NCBI GenBank assembly: GCA_013265495.1
Contig: MU058153.1
Location: forward strand, 1,056,001-1,120,000
DNA length: 64,000 bases
Origin: Vicugna vicugna
Lineage: Eukaryota
Reading direction: 5' to 3'
Part shown: piece by piece, positions 1-12,398 of the stretch
Position numbering within the stretch: the first letter of the stretch is position 1
Layout of the letters: the number at the start of each line of letters is the position of its first letter
The notes under the pieces: model-generated
What the model was told of the DNA's origin: nothing
The model's database searches: none
Seen by the model: only the letters and a program-made list of their open reading frames with translations
Made by a program: the position numbers and the translations under genes

Positions 1-519
1 AATTTTTCCAGAAACCTCTGCTGAAAATTTTCACTTCTCCCACTGAAAAATACCACCGGTCATAATCAATCGAGTTTCCTTAAATACATGTGTCCCTTTC
101 AGGTCTCTCTTTACTGTTCCTTGGATCATTTTTTATAATTTCCTACTGGTACTATTTACTCACTACAGCTTTGTAATAATCACTGATACCAGTCCCTCCC
201 CACGTCAACTTGTTTTTTTAGAAAGTGCAATTCTTTTCGATCTTTTGCTCTTCTATAAGAACTTGAGAATCAGCTTGGCAAATCCCACGATATAAAACAA
301 AGATGATATCTATCACTTCGCTTTTGCTGTGTAACTAACAACCTGAGACTACTGCTTTACAACAACCATTTATTTAGCTCCCAGTTCTGTGGTTTGCCAA
401 AGTGGACTGAACTCAGTTGGATTGTCCTCCTGATCTGAGCCAGGACTGGCTGCTGTTAGATAATTAGGATGTAATTATATAGGTGTTATTACCAGATGCA
501 GGATTAAATCTGTAGCAAA

Positions 520-1052
520 TGTTTATTATTGCATAAGAATCCACTGTAAAACATAAGAGGCTTAAGAGTAATACACATTTGCTTCCTTGCTTAACATTAT
601 GGTCAGAAATTTGGAAGTGTCTTAGGTGGGTGGTTCTGGCTTGGAAATCTCAATGAGGTTGCCGTCAAGGTGTTGCTAGGTTGCTGTCATCTGAATGCAC
701 GACTGGAGCAGCAATATCTCTGTCCGTGGTGGTTCACTCACATGGCTGGCAAGGTGGTGCTGGCTGTTGGACACCTGAGTTCTGCTTCTCATGGTTCTTC
801 CCATAGGGCTTCATCGCTGTCCTCACGATACACATGCCTCACAGGCATCTGGCTTCCCCTGCACCTTCATCTGAGAGAGCAGAGTAAAAACTTGACCATC
901 TTTTATGAAAGCCATGAAGTTACACTTTGTCATCTCCACAATATCCTACAGGCATCCTTATTCCATAGAGAAGAAGAATGAAGGGGAACATGAATACTAG
1001 GAGGCTAGAGGGTGAGAATCACCCAGAGCAATCCTGGAGACTGTTTTCTACA
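520..1052 (-). mobile_element. Old MaLR LTR (MLT1F/H-like), degenerate
   Basis: MLT1-type motifs such as 'ggtggttctggcttggaaatctcaatgaggttgccgtcaag' and 'ggttcactcacatggctggcaag'; subfamily uncertain. Confidence 0.7.
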
Positions 1053-1264
1053 GTCAACTTTTGATTGAAACATAGATTGCAGTACATCTACATATTGTTG
1101 CAAACAGCAACTCTTTGGATTTTAAAATGCAGATATTGTTAAAGGCAGATTTATATCAGGGAGGAGGGAAGAATCCAAAAACTAGGTTTATATTTTTAAA
1201 TGTCTTACTCAGATTGTGGTTTAAAAATAGTCCCCATTATGCAGTAATTTCTCAGTAAAGAATT

Positions 1265-1430
1265 ATTGACATGTTATGTATTTTAATCCTCATAACTACC
1301 TTCCTCCTTTGTAAGTAGATACGAATATTTTCATTTCAAAGTCGAAGAGACAAATTCAGAGTGCCCATGCAACTTGTTCAAATGTACATGACCACAAAGT
1401 GGCAGAGATATGCTTCTAAAACTGGGATAT
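1265..1430 (-). mobile_element. MIR SINE fragment
   Basis: 'tttaatcctcataactacc...caacttgttcaaatgtaca...aagtggcagag' resembles antisense MIR core. Confidence 0.6.
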
Positions 1431-2954
1431 TAGCCTCAAATCTCATGCACCTTCCAGATAGCCACTTGCCCAGTTGATATGTGGAAGAAGTTTCTTAATT
1501 TTCCCAGATGAAAGTGTTGGGAGTCTTTAGGTATAAATTTTCTAAAGGGCATGCTTATTTGTTCTGTCCAAATTTCAAAAAAGTGACAGAACTTGCAGAA
1601 ATGGGTTAGAGTCATTCTGTTAAGAACTGTCTCCTCCCTCAACAGCACCAGAAGAAATTTATTTAGATCAGAACTGTAAAAAGAAATAGCAAAAAGTTCC
1701 ACTGAAATGAAAATAACTTCAGGATGGGATGCTATTTTTTCACTACATGTGTTTTCAAATATATCAGATACGTACACTATGTATGGCTCTAGTGTAGTGA
1801 GTTTATGCTACAAATAGTATCTTTCTTTTAAGGGAGTCATGAGATGGTGTCCTAGTCTTGCTATGCCTGCTCTTCCTTCTTTAAAGGTTTGCTTTTATTT
1901 TCTACACTGATTCACACTATATTGGTAAATTCTTCATATTAAGGTGAATGCAATGTTAATTACACAGGTGGGCTACTACTGAGACATGAAACACCCCTAT
2001 AAGTAGTACCTATTTGTGAATTTATTCTAGAAATAGCTTTGTGTGAAAGTTGTTTTTCTGCTGCCTCGAATGGTATTTAGAGTTGGTCTTGGCTTCAGCA
2101 GAAAGATAATGTCTTTTGGGGTAAGTGGTCCGTAAAAGCACCATGCCAGCTTTCAAAAGTTCTTTTTCTTTATGATTGTTTCTTAATCTTATCCTCACAA
2201 GTAACTTTGGCTGCAGAAGCTCCAGCTTAATACTTCTTTCAAAAATATTTTGTAGCTCTTAATTTTGACTTTTAGCTCTTTAAGTCCTCCTCCATATAGA
2301 TTACGGAAATGTGTTCACTTTGGGGCACTTGGTAGATTTCAGTAAGGGAAAATGAAAGTGTTTTTAGTCAAAAAAAAAATTTAAGTTGTTTAAACTAAAA
2401 TGAAAATACAATATATCCAAGATAATAATGTTAGCAGTTGAGGAAATATTTACAGTGGCTTGAGATACATGCCTTTTCAGAAGTTGTCTAATAAATGAAG
2501 CAAGGCAAATGTTCACCTTTTTTTTTTTTTTGATACCTTGGCAGACTTTAATTACGTCAGTAACTTCATCAAATCTCTTTGGAAATTCCTTTGTAATTTC
2601 ATGTGGCAACAATTTGTCCTTCCCTTTAGCCCTCCTGAGTTATTAGATGTAGTTATTTTGAACAATTACCACATCACCCTGCAAGGAAGTTTGCATTTTA
2701 GTTTTAGGGTTTTAACTTTTACTGCAAATGTTAATGCAACATTAAAATTGAACATTTAAGTTCCCAGGAGCAAAGAAATGCAAAGGGCAAGGTTCTTCTA
2801 ATGTGATTAATTTGTTATTCTATCTTAGGCTTCTCATTAGGACATGCCTTTATGTTTTGAACTTATACATTAAAAAACATTAAGCCCAGTTGTTTCATGA
2901 TTTCACTCAAATGGGAGAACATTTTCAGTTACTATCCACAATAAAAATTTCAGT

Positions 2955-2995
2955 TGTATGTGTGTGTGTGTGTATGTGTGTGTGTGCATGCGTGT
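2955..2995. repeat. Imperfect (TG)n microsatellite
   Basis: Directly visible. Confidence 0.9.
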
Positions 2996-3964
2996 TTAAA
3001 TTCTGTGTCCACAAATTATATTTTCTTTCCCACTCACAGATTTCCCTGTTTCTTCATTCAGGTCATATCTATACAGTATCAACCAAATTAATTCAAAAGG
3101 AAAAGGTCCAGCAAAGCATTCTCTTTCATGTCCATAAGATAACCCATAAATGCAATTTTCTGTTCTCTGTTAACAAAAATTCCACATATTTCTCAAAAAC
3201 GTTAAAACTGTTGCCTCCAGAAAACTGTTGCCTCTCCACCATAACACACATTATTTCTAATTTCCAATTTACAGTTTTCAAAATACTTTACTATATCAAA
3301 ATGTGATCAGTAACTGTGCAAGATGTGTTAGCCTTTGGCGTATGAGTAAACAAAGATTAAGATCATAACTTAGATGTTACAGAAGTCTGAGGTTCAAACT
3401 CAAGATCAACTGAATAGTAGTGGTATCTTGAATGAATTACTTTATCTTGAAATTTCCATGGGTAAAATGGGAATGCTGTGGAATTTACCAAGCTGGATTG
3501 TTATAAGAATTAAATCATATAATATGTACGTGTGTAAAGGCACTTCATTATTCATATATATATTACATTAATATTCTTATGAACTCCTATAAAAGTTAAT
3601 GTTCACATTCCAGTATTTGTATTGATTAATTGTTAACACGTTTCCTCTTCAATAAAATACTTAAATTCCTGAAGAATGAATCTTATGTTTTAGCACTTGA
3701 CCATAAATATTCATTTAGATCCTATCATGATGAAATATATGAATGGCATACAGATTACACTGCAAGTTAATGGTCTTTAAAATATAATAAAGTAATGATT
3801 ATCTATAATGGATGTGTATATGCACACATATACACACACATACATGCACACACACATAGATGCTTGTAAAAAGGATTAGGTAGATTTCAGTTTTTAATGT
3901 AGTGTAATTTACTGGGGAAAGTGTATATAATATTATAAATACTAACATTATCAAAAATAATATC

Positions 3965-4165
3965 TAACAAATATTGAGCATTTACAATGAACTCAATGCT
4001 AACCTAAGCTCTTGACTTACTTATGGTAAGTTAATTATCACAATTTTATGATATAGGAATTATTAATATCTCTAATTTTCAGTTGAGGTAACTGAGGCCC
4101 AGAGAGATGACTGCCCAGGATTATGTATGTAGTCAGCTCCTGTATTCCAGGTTTCACGGCTGAAC
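3965..4165 (-). mobile_element. MIR SINE
   Basis: 'tattgagcatttac...cagttgaggtaactgaggcccagagag' MIR core. Confidence 0.7.
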
Positions 4166-4958
4166 TCTGTAACCATCATAGTCTATATGCAGAATTACCT
4201 AAGGTATTAGGCCGAAGCCCCGCCTGGTGGGAGATGAGCTCATTATTAAGCTGGTAAGATTAATTGCTAAAACACACAACATCAATTTAAAAATTTAGCA
4301 AAATTGAAGAAAAAGAAAATCTCAGCATCAGGGGGACAGCTGAGGACCTTGTACCCTGATTATTAGCTGTTATCAGTCACTGCTTGATTTAGACTCTGCT
4401 CATCTCCAGGCTTGAATGAAACCTGTATTCTCAATCGTCATAAACTAGCTGGGGCTTATTTTTGCCTTGTTTGGCTGCTAAACTTGGAGTTCGCCTTAAA
4501 TTGCATGTTATTTTGTCTCTTAGTTTAACGCTATGATTATCTCAATCACTCTCAAAGCATGTAAGGCTGTAAAACGCCCCATCTCTTTACTAAAAGGGAA
4601 ACATCTCTTCCTTTCTTCCTCCTCCTTCCTTCTGCCCTAATTTTCTCTTACATTTTCTCCTCCTTTTTGGGGGGGGGCATTTTCAATCCCTGCTCACTCC
4701 CCTCCCTTCTCACTTCGTTTGCTAATATTTTCCATTTGAATAATAATGAACAGGGACAGAACTAGAAACATCATCTCATTAATTGTATTGCTCCTTGCCA
4801 GATTCTTTGATCGTATGTGACCTTCCTATAAAGAAGTGCAGAGTGGAACACGTTTCTTCTTCTTCTTTTTTGGGTATATAAATAAAATATACATAAAGGG
4901 ATATTTCACACCTACTGGACCACTTCTTTGAATCTGAACTTTGCTGCTAAAGTTAGGC

Positions 4959-5176
4959 TAGGGTTTCTCAATCTCAGTGTTACTACATTTGTGTCCAGAT
5001 AATCACTCATTGTGAGGGCTCGTCTTGTGCACCATAGGATGTTTAGTAGTCTCCCTGGCCTCTTCCCATGCGGGATGCCAGTAGCATCTTTCTCCTAGTT
5101 GCAATAATGCATAATGTTTCCAGAAATTGCCAGATGTCCCCTGGGATGTAAAATGGCCCGCTATTGAGAGCCACTA
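4959..5176 (-). mobile_element. MER20 hAT-Charlie MITE
   Basis: Termini 'agggtttctcaa'...'ttgagagccact' and internal 'ggatgtttagtagtctccctggcctc', 'ttgccagatgtcccctggg' match the MER20 consensus as recalled. Confidence 0.85.
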
Positions 5177-5653
5177 AGTTGGATATTTCAATTTCTAATT
5201 TTTATATCTCTTCAATTTACTCAGAACTTGCTAATATATTGCCCACTTAGTCTCATAACATTTTAAACTACAGGTTTGTAATATTCTTTCCACACTGGGA
5301 TGCAGATGTAGGAGCCAGCAATAATGAGCTAAGAAGCTTTCATATGAAGGATATCAAAGTGGAAATGTGCAGTAGGCAGCTATACCTAGGGGTGCATTTA
5401 GGACACAGATCAACACTGGAGACACAAGTTGGTAAATGGTCTTAGTGGTGATACCGTTTGAAGACATGAGAGTGTGTAAGGTGACTGAAGAAACTGTGTG
5501 ATTAGAAATGAGCAGAATGCAGAGGTTTCAGCTGAGGAGATCTTCATAGTTAAATTCTGCAAAGGGAATTGGAGCTAAGAAAGAGACAGAGAAGATGTTA
5601 AAGATGAGGAAAGGTAATATATAAGCCATGGTAAAATATACTGCTATGTTACT

Positions 5654-5655
<2 letters not shown>

Positions 5656-5724
<69 letters not shown>
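5656..5724. repeat. Compound trinucleotide microsatellite (AGT)10(AAT)13 at the tail of an antisense MIR (about 5725-5840)
   Basis: Units counted directly; source of the spurious poly-Tyr ORF 5528..5737. Confidence 0.95.
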
Positions 5725-7619
5725 CCACACATAGCACTTACTATATGACAGGAACTAGAATAAGAGTATTTATACGTATTAATTATTTTAATCTTCCAGC
5801 ACCTGTGTGAGTAAATTATCTCTGTTTTATAGGTGAGAAAACAGTATCTCTATCTGTCTATCTATCCATCTATCTGATGGACAAATCAAGTTAATCATTC
5901 TGTGCTTCATTTTCTTCATTTGTCGAATGGGGATAATTGTGAAGATTAAATGAGTTAGGATGTAACTCAGGTAAACTTAAGTTGCCTGTTATATAGTGAC
6001 AGTATAATATGCATATCTATTATTCTATGTAGGTTGTGTTTAAAGTATTTATATACTTATTAAGTAACTTGAACTCTTGAATGCCTCTTTGAATCCATTG
6101 TGGAAAATTACAGAGTAGCAAGGTATAAATATAGAAATAAAATAGAATGAGACCACACACACAAATAATCCAAATTGTATAGTGACTATATGGCCCTTAA
6201 TGAATGTTAGGTATGCATGTTTAGCAAATGCAGTCTGCATTATGTAGAATTAAAGTTAAAAAAATTACTGTTCAACCAATATTTGAGTACCTTTAACGCT
6301 TTGCCTATAATAGTAGCTGCTAAGTAATGAGCAGTAGAAAAAGCCAGTTTCAAACTGTATCTTTAGAAAGTGGGATGGAAGGACAGAGGATGGAATTTTC
6401 AAAAGACAACAATTCATTTCAACATATTTCAGCTGTCTACTGCTTATTAGGTAGTAGTTTGAAATTAATTATTAATTACCTATTAGACAGGAAGAGAAAA
6501 ATGGAAGAACTAAAGAAGAAAACAAAGAAGATAAGTAACTAAAATGTCTTCAAAAGTTAAGTAAGATAAGTTTTTAAAGTTTGGTAAAACAGTTGGTTTG
6601 TCGTGCAGTATCTAGATTGATTATTTAATTGAATTAATTTTTTCATTGTAAGCTAGCCAAAGAGACCTCTTGTTTTAGTGCTGGATAGAAGCATCCATGT
6701 TTTATTTTATATTACACTTTATTTTTGTCTTGAGATCCTTGTTTGATAGAATAACCAAAATGATAAATGATATAGATATAGATATATTATATATAAAATA
6801 TATTACATATATTTATTCATTTGTGTGAATCTCAACTACTTTCAAAATCCCCAGCTACATAATAGCCTTTCTTTCTGTGACACATTTTAAATGATAGCAA
6901 CATGTTTTGTGAAACAGTTGTGGCATAGTTTTATAATTTTAGGTATGACTGCTGAATTAGAATGTTTTTAAAGATCTGGGTGTATTATTTTTACTAATTA
7001 TTTCATCTCCACCTATCATATAGGTATTTTTTTGTCTAGCATCCCTTAAGTGATTTTTTGTTTCTAGTCGTGTATTATTTACCTCAGAAGCTCAAATCAT
7101 TTAGTACATATTTCATGTGAAGAGATGAATCAGAAAAAAATTTGTCTTTAAAAGGAAACATTATTTTTTAAAATCTCTATTTGATTCATCTAACAAATAA
7201 TTAAATGGAGTGACTCTTTTATACAGATTTTTAAATACTTCACCGTTTTAGATTGAAGAGGATTTTTCATTTAAAAACATCAGTTTCCCATTTCCAGGAG
7301 AGTGAACTTTCTTAAAAAGAACAATAAAACCATAATGTTCATATATACACGGAAAACATATGCCTAAGAAAAACATAAATATATAATTTATATTATGTGG
7401 AAATTCCCACAGGTTTATAACCTCATAAATACAGACTAAAGTCTTTAGACTTTCAGGTAAAACAACAGTGTAAACATTGTTTGACTATTTTCTCTACCTT
7501 CGTTGTACAGGCTGAAAAACTCTCTGTTGCATATTTTTCATGCTGCTCAATATTAACATCTATTGAGAAAATAAAAAGGTAGTGCATCTTTGGGTCTCTT
7601 TTAAGCTTTTCTTTTACCT

Positions 7620-8000
7620 AGTGTGTCACATTAATGCTGCCCTACAGGGAAATAATCAAAGAACTTTAATATAATGCTGTGGTTCAGAAAGGAAACATGA
7701 CAGCAGTACATTACTGCAAATTGAATTTAATGAGCTTCTTAGCACTGGGAGAGTGACTCTTTGAAACAGAAGCTATTCAATTGAGATCTTTTTGATTTTA
7801 ATTAAATCATTTTCCATTTACCACAGGGATAAGTTTAATCTTAATTAGGCACTTTCACGGGGAGGTGAAGCCATATGATTTATATTTTCTTGATCATATA
7901 GTGAAAGATTCAAAGTGTAAAGGATGAAAAACAATATGGCAGCCCTTTCAAAGGGAAACGGAGATAAGTATTCTCAAAGGTCTTTGAGGGGAATGATTTC
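7620..8000. promoter_or_regulatory. Candidate enhancer with TCF/LEF and homeodomain motif cluster
   Basis: ATCAAAG 7655, CTTTGAA 7759, TTCAAAG 7909 and 7947, TGATTTAT 7876, in sequence with no recognisable repeat; motif evidence only. Confidence 0.3.
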
Positions 8001-10100
8001 GGCAGAGCAATGTCAGTGACTTGATCTCGGTGTTGATACATGCATATCTGTAAATGGTTGGATAAACAAAAATAGTATTCATTTTATTTTTTATTCTGTG
8101 GCTTTTTCTTAAATACTGAAATTGTCCTTTGTGTAAAGGATCATTCAGTTAAGGGATAAAGCTATCTATGTATTGAGTCCATTATATACATTCTTGCTTG
8201 GGTAGGTAGCACACCCAGTTTGGATTCCCAAGACAATTCAAGCATTCCTTCTGTCATTTTCCAGCTTTTTAATCTTGGGCAAGTAACTGAATCTCCCCGG
8301 ACCATGTTCCATTCCCCCTAAAGTAGGACTAATGTCTCCCTTTTAGAGCTACTGTCATAATTACATGAGCTAAAACTATGAAATTATATTGAAACCTGAG
8401 ATTGATATATGAATATGACTTATTAATATTAATTTTAAAACACAATTTTAGATATTTCTGTAATTTATGCTACACGGTGCTGAGATTTCACCTTTTTAAG
8501 CATCCTTTTTTCACACGCTATATGCATGTTTGAAAGTAAGTGAAAATTACAATAAAAGGAAAAGGACAATAAAAACCAATGTGTGTTTCTATCATTGATG
8601 TTTTCCCAACTATGAAATATTCAAAGACTGTTTCATGTTTAAACAAAATGACAAGACAGGAAAGTGGATGGCTCGAGGGATTTCTTGAGGATTAATCTGT
8701 TCAGCATTATACACAAGCTATAAGTCTAAGCTAAGTTATCTTCAATCATCTACGACATTCAATCATTTCCCAGACATTGAAACATTCAGAGAATGTTAAC
8801 ATTCTTGTTAACTTCACGTGGGAAAAATGGCTGCTCAAAATACCATGGAGGGTATCCAATGGGAAATGTTGAATAACGTTCAGAATTTTAAAGCAATTTT
8901 AACAAAAATAATTTTTTGCTAAAAAAAACCCTGTTTTTTAAACAGACTTTAAAACTAAATTATTAGAAATTATATTTCTTTACATATATTTAATATGAGA
9001 TTATCTATTTATATTCTTGAGTACATCAATATGATATCTTTGTAGCAGTGATAAATGTGTAGTGAATATCCAACAGAGTGAAATATTTGAATTGCTTCCT
9101 GGACTGTCATTCATGCAAGTGGACATTAACTCAATATTCCTTAGAATAATCTTTATGTAGAAAGTCATTGTGTGTGTCTATGTGTGTCTATTTCTTTGCT
9201 GTGTCACTAGCATCTAGCACATAATTGCTGTTATTTGAATCAGTTAATTAATTGTGGAGGTATTATCTCTAAGATATTAAATGGATACACTTGTAGATAT
9301 TTTACCATATTTCTATTTACCTAAAATCAGAGGCAGCATGGTATTTGGGAAAATGAACAAGATTGAATTGGTTTCTGACTTCCTTCATTTATTTCCTATG
9401 TGTCTTTGAACAAATCATCTCTCTTAAATTTTTGATCTTCATAATGAACAGGTTGGATGTGATAAACTTTTATTTCTCTTTCCATTTAAATGATCTAAAA
9501 AAATTTGGTGGGTTTTCCGTATCACACTGCAGGGAACTTTCTTTGCTGGGCTGCATCCATCTTTGTTTAGTCATTTGGTGTGCTTTACCAAAGATGATTT
9601 GACATCTTCAATCGTTAATTCATTCCTGGACAATGTTGTAATTGATCCATGGCTAGGGAGAGAATAGAGATTCACTGCATATTTCCCACAATTCTTTAGT
9701 GTGAGATTTTGCTGCAAATACTCCAAAATGCTTCAACAATCAGACGACTGTATTAAGTGGAGGTAGGAAAGCTAGGGCTTTACTGCTTTTCTGTCTGCTG
9801 AGCTGTGTGTGTGGGGAGGCAGACCGCGTTGACGGTGGTAGACGGCAGGGGACTCACCCATGGAAACTCGCCTTTGGTATTGTTTCATCCAATCCCTCTC
9901 AGGTTTGTTTTGCTTTCTAATTTCCCCTCCCTTTCTTATTTCCAGGAAGTTTTTCTTTTCTTCTTTTTCTCCTCTCCCTTTTTCCATTCTCCTCTTGAAA
10001 ACAAGGCATGTATGGGGAAGAGGGCCTATAGCTGAGGCAGGATTGGTCAGGATTTGAACAAGGGGAAGAATAAAAGGAAGAGACGTTCCCCTTGACTCAC

Positions 10101-10131
10101 CAGAATAGTCTTGTTCTCCAAAAGCCAAGAC
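10101..10131 (-). other. Candidate 31-nt exon
   Basis: Minus strand: ttattttatttcttctctatacccccag|GTCTTGGC...TATTCTG|gtgagt. Confidence 0.3.
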
Positions 10132-10199
10132 CTGGGGGTATAGAGAAGAAATAAAATAACTAATACGCAGATGAAGAAATTTCAGCCTCAGTTCCAATA

Positions 10200-10790
10200 T
10201 GAGAAATGCAAATTATACTAATGAGATCACATTCTGTGACTGTCAAAACAGTGAAGCTCTTAAAATAATAATAAATGTTTGGAAAAGTAAGATGAAGGGG
10301 GCATTTGCTTGTACTATCCTGCACAATCATATGGAAAAAACAGTTTTGTAAATGTTTATTTGTTTTGATATTTTTAAATGTTCTATTATGAATACATCAC
10401 ATCATCTTTCAGCATCACAGATGTGAACAAAGATCTATGTTAAAGGCACTGCAGTGGTTTTAACCATTGCAAAAAAAGTGGAAATAACTAAGGTCAAAGG
10501 TAGCAGAATGGTTAGATATTATTGTACACTCATGACAGAATACTGCAGCCATTAAAATGTCATTCCTAAACAATATTTAAAGCAAATATGCTCATTCTAA
10601 GGTATTGAAAGTGAAGAAACAAATTCAAGTGTAATCTACAGGTTATAAAATATATTCAGAGAATCAGAGAAAGTATGTAGAATCGTTAACAGTCATCTCA
10701 AAGTGTTCGGATTGACTGTGATTGTTCTCTCCCTTGCTTCTTTTAGTGTTCTCAAATTTTTCTATAAAAATGCTTTCTTTCATAAAAAGA
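10200..10790 (+). mobile_element. Ancient L1 (L1ME-like) 3' fragment
   Basis: Degenerate L1 3' motifs 'gaatggttagatattattgtacactcatgacagaatactgcagccattaaaa'. Confidence 0.55.
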
Positions 10791-11102
10791 AAGGCTATTA
10801 GAGAATTACGTGTTCTTTAGTTAGAAGATAATAATAATTTATATCCGAGTAGTGCTTTGCAGTTTGAAAAGCATTTCTATCTACATCATTTTATTTGAAT
10901 CTAAAAATATCTGCACTCCTGCCCAGCTTCATCTGTGATGCTCACCTTACTTCTTGAGGCTCAAGTCCATTTCATTCTTGCATGAAGTCTTTGCTGAATC
11001 TGCCACTTACTCCCTTTCAGATGATGTTTCACTTCTACCTATTCAACCAAAGCATCTAACACAATATGTTTATTGAATAAATAAAGGAATGAACAGCCCA
11101 AA

Positions 11103-11451
11103 TGCCACAGACTGAATGTTGTGCCCTTCACCCCCAAATGCATATGGTAAAACCTAATTGCCATTGTGATGGTATTTGGAATGGGGCCTTTGAGCGGTGA
11201 TTAGGTCATAGGGAAGGAGCCCTCATGAATGGGATTAGTGCCCTCATGAAAGAGACTCGAGAGAACGCGTTTATGCCATATGAGGTTACAGCAAGAAGAA
11301 CAACCCGGAAGCAGGTCCTCACCAGACACTGAACCTGCCACCTTCTTGATCTTGGATTCTCCTGCCTCCAGAACAGTGAGAAATAAATGTGTGTTCTTTA
11401 AGCCACCCAATGTATGGTGCTTTTGTGACAGCAGCCCCAGTCGACCAAGAC
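11103..11451 (+). mobile_element. MaLR solo LTR (MLT1A-like)
   Basis: TG...CA ends; 'ccctcatgaatgggattagtgccct', 'ctccagaacagtgagaaataaatg', terminal 'ccaagaca'. Confidence 0.88.
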
Positions 11452-11887
11452 ATCAATGAGCAAAAATACATTGTATGTAAGTTATGGGATTAATACTTTT
11501 TTTTCCCCACTTTGTAGATGAGAAAGTGAGACTCAGAGAGTTTCAGTTGCTTCCCCAAAATTCAGATTAATGAAAATCAACATTAAAATAGAAATTTCTA
11601 CTCTCCAAACTTTGTGCTCTTTTTAATATTCTAATATTTGGAACCATGGGGCTACTGGAGTCAATAAGAAGTTTAAGAATTATCAAGTCTCTTTCCATAT
11701 TTATTGCTTCTTGGAGTTGGTTAATTCTACAGATACTTGGATTCATTCTCCGTGTCCCTTTCAGAGAAATGTGTAGAAATGAAAGCTAGCAAAGGGTAGA
11801 AATGCGTTTCATTTCTTAAAATGGCTGAGGGAAAGGAACTAACTGAAAGAGGTGAATGGATAAAAAATGAAGAAATGTAGTAAGGGT

Positions 11888-12398
11888 TGTGGCAGAATAA
11901 CAGTCCCTGCCTCCAAAAGACTTCCACTTCCTAATGCCTGGAACCTATGGATATAGTACCTTACATGGAAAATGGGACTTAGAGGATGCGATTCAGTTAA
12001 GGACCTTGAAAATGGGACACTCTTCTGGATTATCCAGGTGGACCCAATGAAGTCACAGGTGTCTTTATAAGTGAAAGAGAGAGGTGTTAGAGTCAGAGAC
12101 AGAGATGTGACGACAGAAGCACAAGCTACAGTGATGTGATTGCTGGCCTTGAAGATGGAAGGTGACCACTAGCCAAGATTGTGAGAGACCTCTAGAAGCT
12201 GAAAAGACAGTGAAAAGGATGTCCCTCTAGAGCCTTTGAAAAGGAATGCAGCCCTGCCAACATGATGACTCTAGCCCCATGAGACATATATCAGATTTGG
12301 GATGTGTGACATATATGACTGTGAAATAAGAAATGCATGCTCTTTTAAATCATGAAGGTTGTGGTAATATATGAGAACAGCAATAGGAAACTAACACA
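11888..12398 (+). mobile_element. MaLR solo LTR (MLT1D-like)
   Basis: TG...CA ends, near-perfect 5-bp TSD agggt/ggggt; 'ctggattatccaggtggacccaat', 'cagcaataggaaactaacaca'. Confidence 0.88.

Noticed and set aside
5528..5737. Poly-tyrosine ORF
   Set aside because: Translation of the (AGT)n(AAT)n microsatellite
9772..10197. 141-aa ORF as a single-exon gene
   Set aside because: Non-ATG start, low-complexity purine tract, no recognisable domain
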